In this document: positions 58,036-64,000 of the stretch, in pieces
Position numbering within the stretch: position 1 is the first letter of the stretch
How the letters are laid out: each line of letters opens with the position of its first letter
Source of the DNA: a virus
Virus record (IMG/VR): IMGVR_UViG_3300045988_112808
Reading direction: 5' to 3' (one strand)
Length of the DNA stretch: 64,000 nt
The notes under the pieces: model-generated
Told to the model about the DNA's origin: nothing
What the model saw: the letters and a program-made list of their open reading frames with translations, nothing else
The model's database searches: none
Made by a program: the position numbers and the translations under genes

Positions 58036-58515
58036 TTAGATGTAAGTTATGCTGCCAACATTAATCTGCATTATATCGTTTTCCAGCGTAATGAAATTAT
58101 TTTGTTTTATGGGTCCAAACATCAATCCATATACACTTACTGTATTAAACAGCCTAACAGTGTGAAAATCTTCATTTAGCTCTACCCTGTTTTTATCCCA
58201 ATATCCCAAATCGTTGATAGTTGCCGGGAATCCTCCTACGTCGTTATGCCTGTAGTAATCGTTTTTATTGAAAACGATTCCCTTTATTAACAGGTTACCG
58301 ATGCTTTTCATGTTGAATCCGGACAACGCGATCTGCTCTGAGATATAACTAATCAAACAGTTATGATACGTGTTTGGCCTATCTCCTCTCTCGTTAATAA
58401 TTTTCTTCCATTTCTTCGTTAATGGAACCCTAATATCCATATATGTACCAAATACGACTATGTTAGGACATTCTCCTTCAAACTTCGTTAAATCTTCTAC
58501 TTTCATAATTAACAA
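58036..58515 (-). CDS. hypothetical protein (159 aa)
   Basis: ORF. Confidence 0.5.
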   Translation of the reverse strand: MLIMKVEDLTKFEGECPNIVVFGTYMDIRVPLTKKWKKIINERGDRPNTYHNCLISYISEQIALSGFNMKSIGNLLIKGIVFNKNDYYRHNDVGGFPATINDLGYWDKNRVELNEDFHTVRLFNTVSVYGLMFGPIKQNNFITLENDIMQINVGSITYI

Positions 58516-58608
58516 ACATTTGTATTGTTTTCGTTGTTCACTATCTGATTAATGTATGATCCTGGCCACGAACAGCCAGGCTGACCTCATAGCAGGACGG
58601 GCGCTGCC

Positions 58609-58797
58609 CTACTCTAGCTGTTCTACCCACTCTCTGTACCCTACGTTAAAACCAATAGGATCATACCTTTTGATCATAGTACCATAATTCTCTCTACCGC
58701 AATACCTGTTTTTTCCTCCAATAATCCATCTCTCATCGTCTCTATCTGGAGATATGGAGTTAAGATACTTTTCATAATCCTTTCTACTCTTTCCCAT
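58609..58797 (-). CDS. hypothetical protein (62 aa)
   Basis: ORF. Confidence 0.35.
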   Translation of the reverse strand: MGKSRKDYEKYLNSISPDRDDERWIIGGKNRYCGRENYGTMIKRYDPIGFNVGYREWVEQLE

Positions 58798-59143
58798 CTT
58801 TGTCTTGATTTAAACAATAGTTAATAAAATAAGCAACCTGTTCATTTTCCCCTGTATTATCAAAATCACCTAAAGTCATATCATCATAATCCAGCAGAAC
58901 CATACGAAAACCGTTTTTTTTGACATACACCTCCGTTAAAAACATAGGAATCCCAGCAATTTCTATTATCACCGGAAACTGATCATCAAAGTCAAACGCA
59001 TTATTATCTTCTCCCCATTTTTTAAATTTTAGCTTTATACTTCCACCGTTCTCCACTAATGCCTCTTTGATGTACTTTAATCTTTTTGCATTCAGATCAA
59101 TCTCTGCTTTTTCTATTTCTTTGTACAATTCATTCAGATCCAT
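58784..59143 (-). CDS. hypothetical protein (119 aa)
   Basis: ORF. Confidence 0.45.
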   Translation of the reverse strand: MDLNELYKEIEKAEIDLNAKRLKYIKEALVENGGSIKLKFKKWGEDNNAFDFDDQFPVIIEIAGIPMFLTEVYVKKNGFRMVLLDYDDMTLGDFDNTGENEQVAYFINYCLNQDKDGKE

Positions 59144-59645
59144 ATTCCACTATATTTATGTTGTCAAATTTTTCTTTTATAACATCCAAGGCTCCACACT
59201 CGTTTGTTATCATAGCATGCATCCCTGGCTTCATTCTCCACAGATTAAAATACCTTGTCACATTCATAGTGGCATTAAATAATGATATTTCATATCTTGT
59301 GTTTCCATTTTTATCACGCCCTATGTTTTTAATATAACATATGTCTGGCTTGTATTTGAAATAATTAAAAAGCCTATACCATCCCTTCCCGTTACATGTT
59401 TCACGATTCCATATTCCAGCAAGCTTCCTATATCCCCTTACTGGTATTTTCTTTATTTCTTTTGGTACGATCTTGACATACTTTCCTTCTCCGATTGGTA
59501 TGGTCATATTACCTGCCTCTTCAGTACAAAAGTATTCTATTTCAGATGCCATTCCTTTATACACATAGAACCGGTATAAGTTCCCGTCAGGGTCTACCCG
59601 ATCCATGTAATATAATATCACTTTGTCTACTTTTATCTTTTTCAT
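59130..59645 (-). CDS. hypothetical protein (171 aa)
   Basis: ORF. Confidence 0.5.
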   Translation of the reverse strand: MKKIKVDKVILYYMDRVDPDGNLYRFYVYKGMASEIEYFCTEEAGNMTIPIGEGKYVKIVPKEIKKIPVRGYRKLAGIWNRETCNGKGWYRLFNYFKYKPDICYIKNIGRDKNGNTRYEISLFNATMNVTRYFNLWRMKPGMHAMITNECGALDVIKEKFDNINIVEYGSE

Positions 59646-59893
59646 TCCTTTATTCTACTTATCTTTAAATTGTTATTCCCACAGTATTCCTTCAGCCAAC
59701 TATCCGTTAGATAACGATTAACTCTATCGTATTTCTTTTTCGGACCCTTGCTCCAGAATTTCCATTCGTTTGTGATATTGTACCCATATTTATCAAACCA
59801 ATAGATATAATACACTACGTTACCATATAAATCCACTCTTTTTCTTTCCTGTATGACTACCTCGTAAGGTATCTTCTTGTCTCTTTTCTCCAT
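59642..59893 (-). CDS. hypothetical protein (83 aa)
   Basis: ORF. Confidence 0.45.
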   Translation of the reverse strand: MEKRDKKIPYEVVIQERKRVDLYGNVVYYIYWFDKYGYNITNEWKFWSKGPKKKYDRVNRYLTDSWLKEYCGNNNLKISRIKE

Positions 59894-59970
59894 CTTTGTC
59901 CTCCTTTATTGAATAAAAAAACGGCACCTATCTTCGCAGACCAGTGCCGGCAACTAACTTACATGGAAAA

Positions 59971-60381
59971 CTACTTAACCTCAACTAATTCTACAGAGCC
60001 GTAGAATTTAGTGAAGCTACCAACAAATTCTCTTATATTTTTATATTCTTCTGGTCGTTTTCTGTTACCATCTTTTATATAATTCACCCACAGTCTATCC
60101 TCTATGTTCTTAATCGCATTCTCTATCGTAAATTCGTCGCTGACGCTCATTAAACACGAAGACCCGGTTTTCTTATGTGGTTTATATATCCTTGAAAAAG
60201 ACCACATTTTTATTCTATCATATATATATCCGTTGTTGGGATAAACGAATCCTATCCGGCTGTCACCTTCTTTAGCGTAAAACACACCTGGCTCCTTCCC
60301 GCCCTTTCTATATACTACAAATCCTTTTTCTTTTAGGATATTAACCACTTTATCTAATTTATTTTCTACGTTCATTTTCAT
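59971..60381 (-). CDS. hypothetical protein (136 aa)
   Basis: ORF. Confidence 0.45.
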   Translation of the reverse strand: MKMNVENKLDKVVNILKEKGFVVYRKGGKEPGVFYAKEGDSRIGFVYPNNGYIYDRIKMWSFSRIYKPHKKTGSSCLMSVSDEFTIENAIKNIEDRLWVNYIKDGNRKRPEEYKNIREFVGSFTKFYGSVELVEVK

Positions 60382-60832
60382 GCAAAAATTTAAAAACGAC
60401 TCTCATTATAGTTGCGAAGTTCTCTACCTTAATCCACTCATGAGCTACTGCTCTAAGTACAGACGTTTCATATGTTGGAATATTGTCTTCTTCAAGCACC
60501 TTACAAGAAGCCAGAACTCCTTCGGTCGGCTTTAGTCCACGGTCATGCAGCTCGCAGAGACCGTCTGGCCGGCGGAATGCGCACCACCCGTCTTTCTCTG
60601 TCGGCTGGATCATCGCTATTGGTTTTTCCTTCACTGCAAGATACCCTACCATCCACATTGTTTCTTTTAACCTATCAGCGTATCCGGCATCTATGATAGC
60701 CTCTATGTCTTTTGGCGTACCAATACAAGGAACCTTACACATGTTCTTGCATTTATCACATGTACAAGGTTGCTCCCATCTATTATGATCTATGCCTACC
60801 AACTTCTTTATCCGTTCTACTTCCTCTTTCAT
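60359..60832 (-). CDS. Cys-cluster protein (157 aa), possible Fe-S/zinc-binding
   Basis: CTCDKCKNMCKVPC cluster near N-terminus. Confidence 0.4.
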   Translation of the reverse strand: MKEEVERIKKLVGIDHNRWEQPCTCDKCKNMCKVPCIGTPKDIEAIIDAGYADRLKETMWMVGYLAVKEKPIAMIQPTEKDGWCAFRRPDGLCELHDRGLKPTEGVLASCKVLEEDNIPTYETSVLRAVAHEWIKVENFATIMRVVFKFLHENERRK

Positions 60833-60833
60833 G

Positions 60834-61115
60834 TCACACTTCTTTCGTTAGTTTATCATAATATGCTTTCAATTCCGGTGAAGCATATTCCATAAATGCC
60901 TCAAATAAACATAGTACTTCTACTATCGCGTATATAGCGCACCCTTTCATCGTTGAAAGCTGTTCAAGATCATTACTGTACAGGCACGTAACATAAGCAC
61001 CTACATTAAATACATGTAAATCTATCCTTACGTATTCCATACATAAAGATAATGACTTAAACAAATCCTTTACATCATTCTTATCAAAGAGTTCTACAAA
61101 TTCTCTCAATTTCAT
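60834..61115 (-). CDS. hypothetical protein (93 aa)
   Basis: ORF. Confidence 0.45.
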   Translation of the reverse strand: MKLREFVELFDKNDVKDLFKSLSLCMEYVRIDLHVFNVGAYVTCLYSNDLEQLSTMKGCAIYAIVEVLCLFEAFMEYASPELKAYYDKLTKEV

Positions 61116-61495
61116 CTTACTACCCTTTCCACGTGTTTAATTAATACTACTGCCATCCCTTTGCCGGTTTTTATCGCACATTCCGATCCTTTTATCCATT
61201 CTACACATCCTACATACTTTTCTGTAGAATGAAAACCTGGATTGTATTTCCCGGATGTACTAAACTCTACCGTATCCCCTACCTTCAGATCCTCAAAAGC
61301 AATAGCCCATGTGGTCCAAATTCTATCATGTCTTCCAGGCTGAATGGCTCCGATTACGCCTTTCTTACGACCGTTTTTTATTGCCTTTAGTATTATCTTT
61401 CTATCACCTTCAATAAGGCTGCAAAAACACCCATAAAAGGTCAAATCAACCTGTTTTCCTCCTATTTCTTCTCTTATTTTTGTTATTCTGTTCAT
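61112..61495 (-). CDS. hypothetical protein (127 aa)
   Basis: ORF. Confidence 0.45.
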   Translation of the reverse strand: MNRITKIREEIGGKQVDLTFYGCFCSLIEGDRKIILKAIKNGRKKGVIGAIQPGRHDRIWTTWAIAFEDLKVGDTVEFSTSGKYNPGFHSTEKYVGCVEWIKGSECAIKTGKGMAVVLIKHVERVVR

Positions 61496-61739
61496 TTTCT
61501 GATTTTGTTTTATTTTTTTCTTTGTTTTTTCTATCTTCTATAGAAGATGATAATAACATTATCTTTTCTATGTTACTTTTTGACTGTAAAAAAGAATCGC
61601 ATTTCATTACTACTACGATCTTCTTAAGTTCCCCATTATCATACAGCGATACACGCATCATGTTTTGCGCCTCGTCCACTATCAGACCTGGAGTAGTCTT
61701 AGCCATTTTGCGTAGCTTATTATACTCCGGTCTTTCCAT
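61446..61739 (-). CDS. hypothetical protein with Lys/Arg/Asn-rich tail (97 aa)
   Basis: ORF. Confidence 0.4.
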   Translation of the reverse strand: MERPEYNKLRKMAKTTPGLIVDEAQNMMRVSLYDNGELKKIVVVMKCDSFLQSKSNIEKIMLLSSSIEDRKNKEKNKTKSENEQNNKNKRRNRRKTG

Positions 61740-62004
61740 TTCCTCTGTTTATTACTCTATAGTATTTATCTTTATCTCCCTCTTCCAACTTCTCCAAATA
61801 GAAAATTCCATCATGCAAATGAGACAAACAAAACCTGTATCCGTATTTCTGCGTTCTTCTTACATGATCCCGCAATCTTATCTCTTCACTTTTGTCTTGT
61901 ACTTTGATTTTAATACTGTCTCCTTCTTTGATTGTGTATAAAATAGTTTGAATCTCTTCTTTTTTCATCTTATAAAATATTTTAACGGCAGCACCTATAC
62001 TCAC
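61720..62004 (-). CDS. hypothetical protein (94 aa)
   Basis: ORF. Confidence 0.45.
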   Translation of the reverse strand: MSIGAAVKIFYKMKKEEIQTILYTIKEGDSIKIKVQDKSEEIRLRDHVRRTQKYGYRFCLSHLHDGIFYLEKLEEGDKDKYYRVINRGNGKTGV

Positions 62005-62031
62005 GCACCACTACTGCCTTATGTTTAACAA

Positions 62032-62841
62032 TTAAATACTTAACTCTTCAATGGTCAAGCCTTTTTCTTTTGCCCATTTTAACATCGAGCATAATTCTGT
62101 TTCTGATTTATATTTCGGATCACGCCACGCCCATCCGAATTTATCCAGGACATGATGATATAATTCGTCGGCCTTTGCCGTGTAAATGTCTTTGAATAAA
62201 TGCTCCGAACCTTCCGGTATAAGCATCTCTGTTGTTGCAAAATCGGAATACGATAAACATCCGTAAGCATATTCTGTTATTTCACTCCACGCTTCTCCGG
62301 CTTTAAATCCAAATTCTTTTACAAAAGCCAAAGTTAGATACATATTTAATAATATTGTTACATCATATCCCGAATCTGACTTTCTTTCTATTATTTTCTT
62401 TTCAAATTCCTTTAAATCTTCAGGTCCTAAAAAGATGTATCCTGATACCGACCGATAATTAGCCTCCGCATACTTCTTGCATTTATCATCATTAACAATC
62501 TTACCAATGTTAGATAACATCTTTTGCCTCCATTCATCACAAAACTCTACCTCTACGTTTATCCAATCGGTACCATAATTGTATTCTTTTGGATGTCCGA
62601 CCGATATTACCTTTATGTTATTCACACCATATTCATAAAGGCGTTCGCCCACCTTATTCGCCCATTCCTGTACAAAAGGAATAAACTTATTGCAATAAGA
62701 ATCAAAATCAAAATCTAATTCCTCCTCATATTCCGGCATCTCTTCATAATCTTGTTCAAAGAAATAGCGAGGATCTGCTATTGTTTCATAGAAACTTACG
62801 TTAATGAAACAAAACTCGTTGGTTGTCGTTTTTAATATCAT
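62032..62841 (-). CDS. hypothetical protein (269 aa)
   Basis: ORF. Confidence 0.5.
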   Translation of the reverse strand: MILKTTTNEFCFINVSFYETIADPRYFFEQDYEEMPEYEEELDFDFDSYCNKFIPFVQEWANKVGERLYEYGVNNIKVISVGHPKEYNYGTDWINVEVEFCDEWRQKMLSNIGKIVNDDKCKKYAEANYRSVSGYIFLGPEDLKEFEKKIIERKSDSGYDVTILLNMYLTLAFVKEFGFKAGEAWSEITEYAYGCLSYSDFATTEMLIPEGSEHLFKDIYTAKADELYHHVLDKFGWAWRDPKYKSETELCSMLKWAKEKGLTIEELSI

Positions 62842-63092
62842 AGCTTTTTGTATTTACGTACATTTTTCTTGCCATAGAATCTACACATGGCACGAATCTG
62901 ACTATAAAATACTTTTGTCCTCCTGGCCTCAAAGTATTTAAACATTTCTTCATTCTTTGTTTCCCACACGTAATCCGTTTGAGAACTCATGTGATTTTTG
63001 TCCTTGCGTGAATAATGGTAATATGATACCACAACACGTTTCGCACCATTCTTTACAGGTACGATATTCACATCTATGTTATTATCTGTCAT
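62838..63092 (-). CDS. hypothetical protein (84 aa)
   Basis: ORF. Confidence 0.45.
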   Translation of the reverse strand: MTDNNIDVNIVPVKNGAKRVVVSYYHYSRKDKNHMSSQTDYVWETKNEEMFKYFEARRTKVFYSQIRAMCRFYGKKNVRKYKKL

Positions 63093-63123
63093 ATTATTAT
63101 CGTTTTATATATTATACAAATAC

Positions 63124-63158
63124 AAAGAGCGCATACCTTCACAGGCCGGCGCTCTTTT
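63124..63158. terminator. symmetric hairpin with A-tract/T-tract flanks
   Basis: aaagagcgc-(16 nt)-gcgctcttt perfect 9-bp stem between - strand genes 63212-63445 and 62838-63092. Confidence 0.35.
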
Positions 63159-63211
63159 CAATAAAAATGAAAAAACTAACATTACATAAACATATTGTTT
63201 TCTGCTCTTTA

Positions 63212-63445
63212 TTACAATACTTTTGTCCCACAATTGTTATATCGTCCGTACTCTTTTTTCGTATCATTCAAGATTTCAAACACCATCTTCTTATGATCTT
63301 TGTTTGGTAACTTGTCTTTAACAGCCGATATCACGCTCGCTATAGACGTAAAGCCTGAATCTGTTATTGAACACAACAACAAACCTCTGTCGTCGTCTGT
63401 GCTTATCGCTGACGCCTTTATAATATCATTCCTATATATTCTCAT
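63212..63445 (-). CDS. hypothetical protein (77 aa)
   Basis: ORF. Confidence 0.4.
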   Translation of the reverse strand: MRIYRNDIIKASAISTDDDRGLLLCSITDSGFTSIASVISAVKDKLPNKDHKKMVFEILNDTKKEYGRYNNCGTKVL

Positions 63446-63623
63446 AATCTTTCGTTTTATTGTCTACAAACTTATCTATATCGTCTCTTATTCTTTTTAG
63501 CACTCCGGCTATAATTTCCGGCATCTCTCCTTCGGTACGGTTCAGAGTTTCTATCACCCCATCAATCCTACCAATTTGACGCCATAAGAAATTGGCGTCT
63601 TTCGCATTAAATTCCCTCATCAT
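63432..63623 (-). CDS. hypothetical protein (63 aa)
   Basis: ORF. Confidence 0.4.
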   Translation of the reverse strand: MMREFNAKDANFLWRQIGRIDGVIETLNRTEGEMPEIIAGVLKRIRDDIDKFVDNKTKDYENI

Positions 63624-64000
63624 GTCTTATTTTACAGTAAACAACTTGCTTTTTTAAGCACCAGTCTTGCGATTCTGAGAGTGAACACCGTTCGGAGTTG
63701 TTAAAAAATATACAATCTTTGCAGAACATAAGAGGATCTTCGTCGTCACCAACTACTTTGACATCATACTCTATACCATACAATTTTAATCTAAATACAT
63801 CTCCTGTTTTTTAGAAGACAAATCCATGTTCGGACCGAATGTTATTACTTCCATATAATTATGTTTTATTGTTTGTGAGATGCCCAGAATCGAACCAGGA
63901 CCGGCACATACATACCGGCACGCCGCGCCATCCCTCTATGATACACAAATAGACATGCCTATTCTCACGAACCGACATGCCAAAACCCAAAACTTAATTT

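Noticed and set aside
63901-63921. Direct repeat gtgccgg-tatgtat-gtgccgg inside the tRNA-like region
   Set aside because: It is too short to interpret alone and was noted only as part of the tRNA-like element.
1-64000. CRISPR arrays, tandem-repeat arrays, rRNA, integrase/attP, reverse transcriptase (DGR/retron)
   Set aside because: I scanned for regularly spaced direct repeats and for YxxY/HxxR integrase or YxDD RT motifs in the ORF set and found none. The only repeats are short inverted repeats (terminators) and coding low-complexity.
1-64000. Genome-wide stop-codon reassignment (TAG->Q or TGA->W), as in some crAss-like phages
   Set aside because: Two >6 kb ORFs and dozens of long genes are intact under the standard code, so the genome is not globally recoded. 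Only one isolated in-frame TAG case (43230) was kept as a finding.

Overview
This 64 kb window is an AT-rich dsDNA phage genome segment. By inference from Bacteroides-type promoter/codon flavour and the two-block layout, it is most consistent with a Bacteroidota-infecting crAss-like podovirus. There are no rRNA genes, CRISPR arrays, integrase, reverse transcriptase or host housekeeping genes. Positions 12-21901 form a + strand late/structural block: two giant ORFs (2033 and 2137 aa), three tail-fibre-like paralogs that all begin MRRRF, and a ~5 kb accessory island of small genes (Bro-N antirepressor-like protein, ER/RG low-complexity peptide) with its own hairpin terminators. Positions 21991-63623 form a ~42 kb, nearly gap-free - strand block of about 90 tightly packed genes whose starts and stops frequently overlap (ATGA). 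Recognisable functions are an SF2 helicase, a DnaB-like helicase, a primase zinc-ribbon protein, a Cas4-like Fe-S PD-(D/E)xK nuclease, a second RecB-family nuclease, an HNH endonuclease, a phage Dam methyltransferase, a Pol-beta-type nucleotidyltransferase and a nucleotide pyrophosphohydrolase-like protein. The two blocks converge on a perfect 16-bp inverted repeat. Most unusual: (1) a TnpB-like RuvC protein (23633-24820) that appears to have lost the RuvC-II glutamate and the zinc finger and has no room for IS ends, i.e. a domesticated, probably nuclease-dead TnpB reminiscent of RNA-guided TldR regulators; (2) a phage-encoded acyl carrier protein / NfeD (YqiJ-like) / flotillin (SPFH) operon (31143-33605); (3) a compact ABC ATPase with an upstream possibly Toprim-like partner, sitting beside the Dam methyltransferase and the nucleotidyltransferase (45790-48942), arranged like two-gene defence or counter-defence modules; (4) a small ORF interrupted by a single in-frame TAG (43056-43304); (5) tandem paralogous genes (50060-51536). 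Coordinates I derived by hand (terminators, small ORFs, refined starts) may be off by 1-2 nt.
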